From Gammaproteobacteria bacterium (lineage in GTDB: Bacteria > Pseudomonadota > Gammaproteobacteria > SZUA-140): 64,000 nt of DNA. Made by a program: the position numbers and the translations under genes. The first letter of the stretch is position 1; each line of letters starts with the position of its first letter. Positions 1-11,302 of this stretch are shown here, piece by piece. The notes under the pieces were generated by a model. The model did no database searches and was not told where the DNA came from. It saw nothing but the letters and a program-made list of their open reading frames with translations. The DNA lies in NCBI GenBank assembly GCA_026981935.1, contig JALSIC010000026.1, positions 65 to 64,064 on the forward strand, given 5' to 3'.

Positions 1-39
1 CTCATCGTCCTCTACCACGCCCGCCCCGGCGCCCACTGA
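1..39 (+). CDS. 3' end of a gene entering the window (LIVLYHARPGAH*), product unknown
   Basis: Frame-1 run of GC3-rich codons ending in TGA at 37-39. Confidence 0.5.
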   Translation, partial: LIVLYHARPGAH

Positions 40-72
40 ATCCCGCCACCCCCCGAACCGCGGGGCCGGATC

Positions 73-240
73 GTACCCGGCAGATCCCTTGCCGACTGCA
101 AGTCGGCTATCCCGCCATCCGTCCTCTGTCCTCCGTCCTCCGTCCTCCGAATTGGGAGCGCCGGGTTGTACCCGGCAAACCCCTTTCCGACTGCAAGTCG
201 GCGATCCCGCCATCCGTCCTCTGTCCTCCGTCCTCCGAAT
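73..240. repeat. Two direct copies (73-152, 168-240) of a composite element: CCGACTGCAAGTCGG hairpin plus GTCCTCN heptamer array
   Basis: Hairpins at 92-106 and 187-201; heptamer arrays at 121-148 (x4) and 216-236 (x3). Confidence 0.9.
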
Positions 241-791
241 CAGCGCACCAGCGCCTTCTCCACGTCTTCGCGGACAGTGCGCCCGGCCAGGCACTCGATG
301 AGGACAAGGGCGAAATCCATGGCCGTGCCGGGGCCGCGCGAGGTGATGACCGTGCCGTCGCGCACCACCGCCTCACCCGTCAAGGTGACATCCGGCAGAT
401 CCATGGACTCCAGGACGCCGGGATAAGCGGTGGCGCAGCGCCCTGCCAGCAGGCCTGCGCGGGCCAGCACCTTGGGGGCGGCACAAATGGCCGCCGTGTA
501 CTTGCCCGCCCCGGCCATGCGCTTGAGCAGGGCCTGGATGCGCGGGTCCTCGTCCAGGTAATCCGCACCAGGCAGGCCGCCGGGCAGAACCACCATGTCG
601 AAGTCTTCATCCAGGGCCGCATCCAGAGTCGTGTCGGGCACCAGGACGGTCCCGCGGCTGGCGCGCACGGGTTCGCCGTCCAGCCCCGCCGTCACCACTT
701 CGATACCGGCGCGGCGCAGCAGATCGATCACGGTCACCGCTTCCAGTTCTTCGCAACCCTGGGCCAGGGGTACCAATACCTTTGCTGTCAT
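240..791 (-). CDS. yajL: DJ-1/PfpI family protein (YajL/ThiJ-like)
   Basis: GCEELEAV, LPGG, AICAAP nucleophile elbow, TSRGPGTA motifs; RBS AGGAGG upstream. Confidence 0.9.
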   Translation of the reverse strand: MTAKVLVPLAQGCEELEAVTVIDLLRRAGIEVVTAGLDGEPVRASRGTVLVPDTTLDAALDEDFDMVVLPGGLPGADYLDEDPRIQALLKRMAGAGKYTAAICAAPKVLARAGLLAGRCATAYPGVLESMDLPDVTLTGEAVVRDGTVITSRGPGTAMDFALVLIECLAGRTVREDVEKALVR

Positions 792-870
792 GGTGTGATT
801 CTCCTCCTGCTTGAATTCAGGCAGGCCCCATCATGGCAAAAATCCGATCCGCCGGGAATGCCGGCAGCGC

Positions 871-1686
871 TTACTGGGGCAGCGTTGCGGCGGGGCGCCG
901 GGCCAGCAAGGGGGCGTTCCCGGGGCTCTCCAGCATGGCGGCACGCTGGATGAGCCGGGACACCGGGAGAATGTCGATGCCTTCGGCCGCCACGCGGGGC
1001 AGGGCCGCTTCCAGAAAGGCCAGGGTCTCGGGATGAGGATGACCGATGGCCAGCGCCACGCCCTGGCGCCTGGCCAGGGCAAGCAGACGCCGGAAGTGAT
1101 GGGCGATGGCGGCCGGTTCCCGCTCGTGGTCCAGGAAGACGTGACGGCGCAGGGTGGGAATGTGGTATTCCCGTGCCACCGCCTGCGCAATGCTGTGCCT
1201 GCTGGTATGGCTGTCGATGAAATACAGCGGCCGCAGGCGGACGATTTCCTCCATCAGCCAGCGCATGGGGCGTTCCTTCTGGGTGAGAAGACTGCCCATG
1301 TGATTGTTGATGCCCCGCACATGGGGCACGCTGGCCAGGTTCTCCATCACCACGCGCACGAACTCGTCACGCGACATGCCCGGATGCAGTCCGCCGGGTC
1401 CCAGGGGGCGGTGATCCAGCGCCTCCATGGGCAGATGCATCATCACTTCCTTGTTGCGCGCATGCGCCAGTCTCGCCAGGGACTTTGCATAGGGGGTGTG
1501 AGGCAGGAAGGAATAGGTCAGCGGGGCCGGCAGCATCACCGCGCGAACCCCGGCCCCCAGCTTCTGGCCCAGGTCATCGATGATAATGGCAATGGCGGGA
1601 CGGGGGGACGGCGCGGTTTCCGCGGGGACGGCGGCCTGTACGGTGCACAGCACCGCGGTGAAAACCGCCATCAAGCAACGCCGCAT
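871..1686 (-). CDS. Divergent polysaccharide deacetylase family protein (YibQ-like)
   Basis: IIIDDLG, MHLPME, INNHMGS, FIDS, AIGHP motifs; usual position after envC-ctpA. Confidence 0.9.
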   Translation of the reverse strand: MRRCLMAVFTAVLCTVQAAVPAETAPSPRPAIAIIIDDLGQKLGAGVRAVMLPAPLTYSFLPHTPYAKSLARLAHARNKEVMMHLPMEALDHRPLGPGGLHPGMSRDEFVRVVMENLASVPHVRGINNHMGSLLTQKERPMRWLMEEIVRLRPLYFIDSHTSRHSIAQAVAREYHIPTLRRHVFLDHEREPAAIAHHFRRLLALARRQGVALAIGHPHPETLAFLEAALPRVAAEGIDILPVSRLIQRAAMLESPGNAPLLARRPAATLPQ

Positions 1687-1782
1687 CAAAAGTCTTTCTT
1701 GTTGTTATTTCTCGTCTTGCCAGGCATCTCTGCCCGGCCTGGGGTCATACTATATTTTACATTATTGATTGACTGCCATGGT

Positions 1783-1865
1783 GTAGCCCGATGCAGGCCC
1801 CCAGGGCCGAAATCCAGGGAAAGGCGCCATTCATCCCGGATTTCGCTTCGCTCTCATCGGGCTAC
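1783..1865. repeat. GTAG-family REP doublet (palindromic element)
   Basis: Terminal inverted repeat GTAGCCCGATG...CATCGGGCTAC; related copy at 42964-43054. Confidence 0.8.
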
Positions 1866-1922
1866 TCATATCGTGCATCCAGGTAAGTCTCAATAACCGA
1901 AAATACCAACGGTACTGGCCTT

Positions 1923-3254
1923 TCAACTGGCGGCCGGCGCCTGCTGCTTGAGGATATACAGGCCCTTGAGGAGATTGAGCGCCTCGAACAGCTGGTAGTC
2001 CTCCTTGAGCAGCTTGCCGATGGCGGCCGCCGCGTCCTCTTCCCCGGCCACGGCCTTGTCGCCTTCCGTGCCGTTCTCCAGGTGACGCTTGAGATCGGCC
2101 TCGGTGACAGGCTCGAAGTCCTCGTTCTCCACCACGGAGACCTCGACCTTGGCCAGCTGGATGTCCGGCTCGATACCCTCGGCCTGGATGGAACGGCCCG
2201 AAGGGGTGTAGTAACGGGCCGTGGTGAGCTTGAGGGCCGTGCCGTCCTTCATGGGCAGCACGGTCTGCACCGATCCCTTGCCGAAGGAACGCCGCCCCAT
2301 GATGACGGCGCGGCGGTGATCCTGCAGGGCACCCGCCACGATCTCGGAAGCGGAGGCCGAACCGACGTTGATGAGCACGACGATGGGGGCGCCGTCGAGG
2401 GCATCTCCCGGTGTGGCCTTGAAGCGCACCTCGGAATCCGGGGCGCGGCCCTCGGTATAGACGATGAGACCCTGTTCCAGGAAGGTGTCCGCCACGTCCA
2501 CGGCGGCGCTGAGCACGCCCCCGGGGTTGTTGCGCAGATCCAGTACCAGGCCGTCCAGCTTGCCCCCGTTCTCCTTCTTCAGGGTCTTGATGGCCTCCAT
2601 GAGGTTGTCGGCGGTATTGGACTGGAACTGGGTGATGCGCACATAGCCGAAACCGGGCGCCAGGAGACGATGCTTGACGCTGGTCACCTTGATGATGGCG
2701 CGGGTGATGGTGACCTTGAAGGGGGCATCGAGCCCCTCGCGGACGATGGTCAGGGTGATGTCCGTGCCCGGTTTGCCACGCATGATATCCACCGCCTCGC
2801 GCAGGGTCAGCCCCTTCACGGGGGTGTCGTCGAGACGGATGATGAGATCCCCGGCCGCGATGCCGGCACGCTGGGCGGGCGTATCATCGATGGGCGCGAT
2901 CACCTTGACGAAACCGTCCTCCATGCCCACCTCGATACCCAGGCCGCCGAACTCGCCCGTGGTACCCACCTGCAGCTCTTCGAAGGCCTCCTCGTCCAGA
3001 TAGGCGGAATGGGGGTCGAGACCGGAGAGCATGCCGCGAATGGCGTTCTCCAGCAACTCCTTGTCCTCCACCGGCTCCACGTAGTTGGCCTTGATGTTGG
3101 CAAAGACGTCGGTGAAGGTGCGCAATTCCTTGAGCGGCAGGGGGCCGGCCTCGATGGCATCCCTGTCGGCGAAGACGCTGTGGCCGACGGTCAGCATGAC
3201 ACCCAGGATCAGTCCCAGGCTCAGGAGCAGAAAGTTGCGTGTCGTCGTATTCAT
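1923..3254 (-). CDS. ctpA: S41 family carboxyl-terminal processing protease
   Basis: LDPHS, PDZ GLGI, DLRNNPGG, SASASEI, GKGSVQ motifs. Confidence 0.95.
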   Translation of the reverse strand: MNTTTRNFLLLSLGLILGVMLTVGHSVFADRDAIEAGPLPLKELRTFTDVFANIKANYVEPVEDKELLENAIRGMLSGLDPHSAYLDEEAFEELQVGTTGEFGGLGIEVGMEDGFVKVIAPIDDTPAQRAGIAAGDLIIRLDDTPVKGLTLREAVDIMRGKPGTDITLTIVREGLDAPFKVTITRAIIKVTSVKHRLLAPGFGYVRITQFQSNTADNLMEAIKTLKKENGGKLDGLVLDLRNNPGGVLSAAVDVADTFLEQGLIVYTEGRAPDSEVRFKATPGDALDGAPIVVLINVGSASASEIVAGALQDHRRAVIMGRRSFGKGSVQTVLPMKDGTALKLTTARYYTPSGRSIQAEGIEPDIQLAKVEVSVVENEDFEPVTEADLKRHLENGTEGDKAVAGEEDAAAAIGKLLKEDYQLFEALNLLKGLYILKQQAPAAS

Positions 3255-3381
3255 GGAAACTCCCGTCTCGCCGGCCGCCAGCCGGTCAATACCTCGAAAA
3301 TTACGGCTACTCTAACAGAAAGCCCCTGCTGATTTGAATAGCGCCCCATAACGATACGGCATCCCGGTGGCTGGGACACTT

Positions 3382-4566
3382 TCACCCCTGCCTGCTGTCC
3401 CTGCGACACCAGCGCAGGGGATCCACGGGCTTGCCATTGTGGCGGATCTCGAAATACAGCCCGGGCCGCTTGCGCCCGCCGCTGCTGCCCACCGTGGCGA
3501 TGACTTCGCCCGCCGACACCCATTCACCCACGCTCTTGTAGAGGCTCTGGTTGTGGGCATACAGGCTCATATAACCACCACCGTGATCGATGATGATGAG
3601 CAAGCCGAAGCCCCGCAGCCAGTCGGCGAAGGCCACCCGGCCATGATGGATGCTGCGCACGGCCGTGCCTTCCTGCGCGCTGAGCAGCACGCCTTGCCAC
3701 TTGAGCCGGCCGCTGCGCAGACGGCGCTGGCCAAAGCGGGCGCTGACGCGTCCCTGCACCGGCAAGGCAAGCCGACCCTTGAGCGCCGCGAAGGGCAGCA
3801 TGTCGCCTTCTTCCGATGGTATATCGGTCAGGGCTTCCTGAATCTGATCCAGCAGCCGCGTCAGGCGCCGCTCATCCTCAAGATAGGCCTGCAGGCGCTG
3901 CTCCTTGGTCCGGATCGCCTGTTCCAGTTTGGCCAGCACCTGGCGACGTTCAGCGAGGCGCGTCTCTTTCTCCGCCATCTGCCGGGCCTGGCGCCGGGAC
4001 AGGCGTTCCAGGCGGCGGGTTTCGCGGTCGATCTCCGCCTCCAGCTCGGCCACCGCCTGGAGATGGCGGCGAATGACGGCAATCTGCTCCGCGCGGGCCC
4101 GGTTGAAATAATCGTAATAGGTGAGGGCACGCCCGATGGCAGCGGGGTCCTGCTGGTTGAGAATGATCTTGAGATCGCCCTGGCGTCCCATGGCATAGGC
4201 CGCAACGACCTGGCGGCGCAGCAGGTCCCGGTGCTGTTCCAGCTCGCGCTGCCTGACGTCGCGTCGCCGGCGCAGATCCGCAAGCGCCTGGCGCCGTTCG
4301 GACAGTCTGGCACGGGTCTCGCGCAAGGACCGGCTCAGGCGGCCGATTTCCTTCTCCGCACGCTGCAGCCGTTGACGCAGTACCCGTTGCTGGCCGCGGT
4401 CCTCGTTCAGGGCCTGGCGCAGGGTCTGGATCTGCTGGCGCAAGGCCTCCAGCCGGGCCGCCTTGTCATCGTCCCCGGCCGCCCATGCCGCCCAGGGCAG
4501 CAGGACCAGAAGGAGCCAGGGCCACAGGCATCGGGCGGCGGGGCGGGCGGAACATGCGATCGCCAT
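3382..4566 (-). CDS. envC: Murein hydrolase activator EnvC (coiled coil + degenerate M23 domain)
   Basis: Signal peptide, long coiled coil, WQGV...YAHN...LYFEIR; synteny gpmI-envC-ctpA. Confidence 0.9.
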   Translation of the reverse strand: MAIACSARPAARCLWPWLLLVLLPWAAWAAGDDDKAARLEALRQQIQTLRQALNEDRGQQRVLRQRLQRAEKEIGRLSRSLRETRARLSERRQALADLRRRRDVRQRELEQHRDLLRRQVVAAYAMGRQGDLKIILNQQDPAAIGRALTYYDYFNRARAEQIAVIRRHLQAVAELEAEIDRETRRLERLSRRQARQMAEKETRLAERRQVLAKLEQAIRTKEQRLQAYLEDERRLTRLLDQIQEALTDIPSEEGDMLPFAALKGRLALPVQGRVSARFGQRRLRSGRLKWQGVLLSAQEGTAVRSIHHGRVAFADWLRGFGLLIIIDHGGGYMSLYAHNQSLYKSVGEWVSAGEVIATVGSSGGRKRPGLYFEIRHNGKPVDPLRWCRRDSRQG

Positions 4567-4601
4567 TGCATGAGATTAGCACACTGTCTGCCAAAAAGAC
4601 T

Positions 4602-6170
4602 TCACACCAGTTCGATCAGCGAACGGCCTTCCATCTCCTCCGGCACGGGCAGGTCCATCAGATAGAGCATGGTGGGCGCCACATCCGACAGGCGCCCTCC
4701 CTGGCGCAGGCGGGCCGGCCGCCCGAGATAGACGAAGGGGACGGGATTGGCGGTATGGGCGGTCTGGGGCTTGCCTGTTGCGCGGTCACACATCTGCTCT
4801 GCATTGCCGTGATCGGCGGTGATGAGCAGTTCGCCGCCGGCCCGGCGCACGGCCTCGCTGACCCGCCCCAGGCAGGTGTCGATCACCTCGATGGCCCGTT
4901 GCGCTGCTGCCATGTTGCCGGTGTGCCCCACCATGTCCGGATTGGCATAGTTGCAGATGATGACATCGAAGCGTCCCGCAGCGATGGCCTCCACCAGCCG
5001 GTCCGTGACCTCGGGGGCGCTCATCTCCGGCTGCAGGTCGTAGGTGGCCACCTTGGGAGAGGGCACCAGGATGCGCTCCTCGCCGGGGAAGGGCCGCTCT
5101 TCACCGCCATTGAAAAAGAACGTCACATGGGCGTATTTCTCCGTCTCGGCGATGCGCAGCTGCCGCAGTCCCAGAGAGGCGATGTACTCGCCGAACACGT
5201 TGCGCAGCTTCACCGCCGGAAACGCCACGGGAATGGCAAATGCCTTGTTGTATTCGGTGAGACTCACGAACTCGGCGAGGGCCGGACGACAGCACCGCTC
5301 GAAGGCATCGAAGTCCGTCTCGATGAAGGCCCGGGTCAGCTGGCGGGCGCGGTCGGCACGAAAATTCATGAACACCACCACATCCCCCGCCTCCATGATG
5401 CAGGGACCCGGTGAACCGGCGTTTTCCGCAACGATGGCGGTGGGCTTGACGAATTCGTCGGTCTCGCCCCGCTCATAGGCCGCGGCCAGGGCCGCGGCCG
5501 CACTGTCCGCCACGTAGCCGGCCTTGCCGCAGGCCAGCAGTTCATAGGCGGCCCGGGTGCGTTCCCAGCGCTGGTCCCTGTCCATGGCGTAATAGCGGCC
5601 CACCACGGAGGCAATGGGCGCCTGCCCCAGGGACGCCAGCAATGCCTCCATGGCCTCCAGGGAGGACGCGGCGCTCTGCGGCGGCGTGTCGCGACCGTCG
5701 AGAAAGGCATGGACACATACCTTCGCCCCGCGTGCCGCGGCGAGACGCACCATGGCCTGGATCTGCGCCTCGTGACTGTGCACACCCCCCGGTGACAACA
5801 GGCCCAGGATATGGACGCGGCGCCCGCCGGACACGGCCTTGTCCACCGCCGCCACCAGCACCGGGTTGCGTTCGAACTCACCGTCGGCAATGGCTTTCTC
5901 GATACGGGTGTATTCCTGATAGACGATACGTCCGGCACCCAGGTTGAGATGCCCCACCTCGGAGTTGCCCATCTGGTTGCGGGGCAGGCCCACCTCCTGC
6001 CCCGAGCCCTCGATGAGCGTATGGGGGCACTCGCGCCACAGGCGATCCCAGTGGGGTGTGCGTGCCGCGAGGATGGCATTGCAGCGCGGATCCTCGTCAT
6101 GCCCCCAGCCGTCGAGCACGATGAGCGCCAGCGGCCGCACGGCGGGAAGACGGGCTTGTTTGTGATTCAT
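4602..6170 (-). CDS. gpmI: 2,3-bisphosphoglycerate-independent phosphoglycerate mutase
   Basis: [40 protein letters not shown]; start set at ATG 6170. Confidence 0.97.
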   Translation of the reverse strand: MNHKQARLPAVRPLALIVLDGWGHDEDPRCNAILAARTPHWDRLWRECPHTLIEGSGQEVGLPRNQMGNSEVGHLNLGAGRIVYQEYTRIEKAIADGEFERNPVLVAAVDKAVSGGRRVHILGLLSPGGVHSHEAQIQAMVRLAAARGAKVCVHAFLDGRDTPPQSAASSLEAMEALLASLGQAPIASVVGRYYAMDRDQRWERTRAAYELLACGKAGYVADSAAAALAAAYERGETDEFVKPTAIVAENAGSPGPCIMEAGDVVVFMNFRADRARQLTRAFIETDFDAFERCCRPALAEFVSLTEYNKAFAIPVAFPAVKLRNVFGEYIASLGLRQLRIAETEKYAHVTFFFNGGEERPFPGEERILVPSPKVATYDLQPEMSAPEVTDRLVEAIAAGRFDVIICNYANPDMVGHTGNMAAAQRAIEVIDTCLGRVSEAVRRAGGELLITADHGNAEQMCDRATGKPQTAHTANPVPFVYLGRPARLRQGGRLSDVAPTMLYLMDLPVPEEMEGRSLIELV

Positions 6171-6439
6171 GTGTCCTGGGTTCCGGAAGTTCGATACAAG
6201 GCAGGATATCCTGACTGCGGGCCGCCATGATAGTGTTTTCCGGCGCAAAAGTTAACCCGTCTGTGTCAACCTGCATATTGCGCCGCCCGCGCCCCATCGC
6301 CTAGAATGCCCCACCTGTGGTGCTGTCGATCGCATGTTCCAGACAGGCATCCAATCACAAGCTGATCAGGATCCGTTCCACTGGCCCGTTCTCCGCACCT
6401 TTCGTCAAGGCCTCTACTCACACAGGAGAGTCATAACGC

Positions 6440-6967
6440 ATGGACTTCATCCTCAACAACTGGCTGCTCTTCCTGGCCCTGCTCATCGTGCTGGGACTGC
6501 TGGCCATGAACATGGCCCGCGACAAACTTCTGGGCTTTCGCGAACTCAAGCCCAACGAGATGGTCCAGCTCATGAACCGGGACGAGCCCGCCCTCCTGGA
6601 CACACGCAGCGAGGAGGAATACGGAAAAGGCCACATCCTGGGCGCGCGCAACATCCCCCATGACCAGCTTCCCGACCGCCTCGGCGAACTGGAGGAATGG
6701 CGGGGACGCAAGGTCGTCGTCTATTGCCGCACGGGCCAGCGGGCGGCGGTGGCCGCTGGCCAGCTCAAGAAAGCAGGCTTCGAGGCCGTCTATAAGCTCA
6801 ATGGCGGCGTGCTGGCATGGCAGGGGGCCGGCCTCCCCCTGGTCACCGGGGGCGCGGAGGAATCCTCCGCAACGCAGGACACGCACGACGATGACGCGCC
6901 GGCCCTCCCGGAACCAGACCGGGAATCCACGACGGCATCCGCGGAGAAACGCACCACCGGCGCCTGA
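6440..6967 (+). CDS. Membrane-anchored rhodanese-domain protein (YibN-like) with acidic C-terminal extension
   Basis: N-terminal TM helix, GHILGA, YCRTGQR, LNGGVLAW; synteny with secB-gpsA. Confidence 0.9.
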   Translation: MDFILNNWLLFLALLIVLGLLAMNMARDKLLGFRELKPNEMVQLMNRDEPALLDTRSEEEYGKGHILGARNIPHDQLPDRLGELEEWRGRKVVVYCRTGQRAAVAAGQLKKAGFEAVYKLNGGVLAWQGAGLPLVTGGAEESSATQDTHDDDAPALPEPDRESTTASAEKRTTGA

Positions 6968-7306
6968 CCCCCGCGGCCGGAGCGCGGCAGCACTTGCAAA
7001 ACGTTACAACGTTACAAAGCCGGGGCCTGCCTCGATACGCACTCGACACGAATGGGGCGTCGGTGCAGAATAGCTGCCATCTGCAGCAGGACCCAGGAGT
7101 CTGCCGGATTCAGGCGATCATAGCGAGCAGGGTGGGAGAGAGAACGAATCTCCACGATTTGAGGCACATAGTGGGACTGCGCAACGAGAAATCGGGGAGA
7201 TTCGGGCGCTCTCCCATCGGCGCAGTAGACCAGCTCTAAGTTCGACAGACTCCTGGTCACAGCAACGGGCATCAGATCATTCATTCAGAACCACGGGTGA
7301 CATTGC

Positions 7307-7825
7307 ATGTCGGAAAACAACACGAACGCCAACCCAAATACAGGCGGGGATGCGGCCCAGGCGCCCCAACGCCAGATGATCATCCAGAAGATCTATGTCA
7401 AGGATGCATCCTTCGAATCCCCCAATGCTCCCCAGATCTTTTCCCAGGCCCAATGGCAGCCGGATGTCAGCGTGCAGCTGCAGAATGCCGCCGTCGCCCT
7501 GGCCGAGACCCTCTACGAGGTGACCCTCACCGCCACCATCACCACCAAGATGGACGACAAGACGGCCTACCTGGCCGAGGTTCAACAGGCCGGGATCTTC
7601 GACATCCGGGGCCTGGAAAGGGAGGAGCTGGCCCGCCTGCTGGGCACCATCTGCCCCCACACCCTGTTTCCCTATCTGCGCCAGGCGCTGGACGACCTCA
7701 TCAAGAAGGGCGGCTTTCCCGAATTTCTCCTCGCCCCGGTCAACTTCGATGCCATTTACGATGACCAAGTGCGCAAGAAACAGCAACCGGAACAAGCTGG
7801 GCCACCATCCGCCCCATCCCATTGA
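7307..7825 (+). CDS. secB: Protein-export chaperone SecB
   Basis: QKIYVKDASFESP, EVQQAGIF, CPHTLFPY, PVNFDAIY. Confidence 0.97.
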   Translation: MSENNTNANPNTGGDAAQAPQRQMIIQKIYVKDASFESPNAPQIFSQAQWQPDVSVQLQNAAVALAETLYEVTLTATITTKMDDKTAYLAEVQQAGIFDIRGLEREELARLLGTICPHTLFPYLRQALDDLIKKGGFPEFLLAPVNFDAIYDDQVRKKQQPEQAGPPSAPSH

Positions 7826-7894
7826 GGCATGCCGGTTTCGGGACAGACTTCCCGCCTGCCACCCCCGGCGGGCCGGCAGCAATGACAGGCCCGG

Positions 7895-9669
<1,775 letters not shown>

Positions 9670-9720
9670 GCCCTGCACCACAAGTTTTGCCGGCAAGGGA
9701 CGAAATATCCCATAATCACG

Positions 9721-9760
9721 GGCAATCTCTCTGACACTCTCTCTGGTAATCTCTCTGGCA
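9721..9760. repeat. Imperfect 12-bp tandem repeat (GGYAATCTCTCT-like x3)
   Basis: ggcaatctctct/gacactctctct/ggtaatctctct. Confidence 0.75.
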
Positions 9761-9797
9761 GCCATCGTACAAGCTTTCCATCACAAGGACCCTCCAC

Positions 9798-11231
9798 ATG
9801 GGTAAGGAAGTCGCCACCAGCCGCTTCAACAAGCAGGACTTCAAGGCCTATACGCGGCGCCTCAGGGAAGAAACCCTGCTGCTGGAACAGTGGTTCCGGT
9901 CCGGCGTGTTCGCCGAGGACCATCCGCGTGGCGGTTTCGAACTGGAAGCCTGGCTGGTGGACCGTAACTACCATCCCGCCCCGCTCAACGAACGCTTTCT
10001 GAATCTGAGCGGCGACATCCTGGTGGTGCCCGAGCTGGCGCGTTTCAATGTGGAAATGAACGGCAGGCCCCTGCCCCTCCAGGGCGATGCCCTCGCCACC
10101 ATGGAGGAAGAGCTGGCCGAGACCTGGCGGCGCTGCCGGCGCATCGCCGGCTCGCTCGACTGCGACATGCTCATGATCGGCACCCTGCCCACGGTGGGCG
10201 ACCAGGATCTCACCCTCGCCAACATGTCGGACATGGAACGCTTCCGGGCGCTCAACGAACAGGTATTGCGCCTGCGCCGCGGCCGACCCATCGGCCTGGA
10301 CATCCAGGGACGCCAGCACCTGCGCACCGCTCACTACGACGTCATGCTGGAAGCCGCCGCCACTTCGTTCCAGATCCACCTGCAGATCGGCGCCGGCCAG
10401 GCGCGGCGCTTCTTCAATGCCTCCCTGATCCTGTCCGCGCCCATGGTGGCCGCCTGCGCCAATTCGCCCTATCTCTTCGGCAAGGATCTCTGGGACGAGA
10501 CCCGCATCCCCCTGTTCGAACAGGCCATCGCCGTGGGCGGCTACGACTCACCGGAGTGCGGCGCCGAGCGGCGGGTGAGTTTCGGTACCGGCTTCGTCCG
10601 CGACAGCCTCTACGAGTGCTATGAAAAAAACCTCGCCTGTTTTCCCGTCCTGCTGCCGGCCGTGATGGACGAGCCCCCGCAACGCCTTGCCCATCTGCGC
10701 CTGCACAATGGCACCATCTGGCGCTGGAACCGCCCCCTCATCGGCTTCGACACGGAAGGCCGGCCCCACCTGCGCATCGAGCATCGTGTCGTGCCCGCAG
10801 GCCCCACGGTGACCGACTGTTTCGCCAACGCCGCCTTCTATTTCGGGCTGGTACAGGCCCTGGCCACACGGCAACCGCCACCAGAGGATGTCATGGACTT
10901 CGATACGGCACGCCGCAATTTCTACGCCGCGGCCCGCAACGGCCTGCGCGCCAAGGTCGAATGGCTGGATGGCCGGCGGGGCAACATACAGGACCTGTTG
11001 CTGGAGGAACTCCTGCCCCTGGCGCGCCGCGGCCTGGCGGCACTGGGCCTGGACCCGGCAGTGGGGGAGCGCTACCTGGACATCGTCGAGTCTCGCGTGC
11101 GCAGCGGCCGGACCGGCGCCGCCTGGCAGCGTGCCTATGTGGAAAGACACCAGTGTGACATGGCGACGCTCACCGCCGCCTACCTGGCACGCCAGGAAAG
11201 CGGCAAGCCGGTACACGAATGGCCCCTATGA
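9798..11231 (+). CDS. Glutamate--cysteine ligase family 2 (GCS2-like carboxylate-amine ligase)
   Basis: GFELE, ELARFNVE, SFQIHLQ, ANSP, WRWNRP, RIEHR motifs of the glutamine-synthetase/GCS fold. Confidence 0.85.
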   Translation: MGKEVATSRFNKQDFKAYTRRLREETLLLEQWFRSGVFAEDHPRGGFELEAWLVDRNYHPAPLNERFLNLSGDILVVPELARFNVEMNGRPLPLQGDALATMEEELAETWRRCRRIAGSLDCDMLMIGTLPTVGDQDLTLANMSDMERFRALNEQVLRLRRGRPIGLDIQGRQHLRTAHYDVMLEAAATSFQIHLQIGAGQARRFFNASLILSAPMVAACANSPYLFGKDLWDETRIPLFEQAIAVGGYDSPECGAERRVSFGTGFVRDSLYECYEKNLACFPVLLPAVMDEPPQRLAHLRLHNGTIWRWNRPLIGFDTEGRPHLRIEHRVVPAGPTVTDCFANAAFYFGLVQALATRQPPPEDVMDFDTARRNFYAAARNGLRAKVEWLDGRRGNIQDLLLEELLPLARRGLAALGLDPAVGERYLDIVESRVRSGRTGAAWQRAYVERHQCDMATLTAAYLARQESGKPVHEWPL

Positions 11232-11284
11232 AATCCCCCCGTGAAATCCCCCCGTGAAATCCCCTGTGAAATCCCCTGTGAAAT
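11228..11284. repeat. 12-13-bp tandem repeat (GTGAAATCCCC..) x4.5 overlapping the GCS2 stop codon
   Basis: atgaaatcccccc gtgaaatcccccc gtgaaatcccct gtgaaatcccct gtgaaat. Confidence 0.9.
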
Positions 11285-11302
11285 GATACCTGTGACGCCG
11301 CC

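Noticed and set aside
73..240. Two-copy repeat as a mini-CRISPR
   Set aside because: Copies are about 75 bp and near-identical throughout, with only about 15 bp between them; better explained as a duplicated REP-like composite
7012..7284. 90-aa ORF as a glutaredoxin
   Set aside because: Wrong strand for the operon, no CxxC, atypical codon usage; the VPQI match alone is too short
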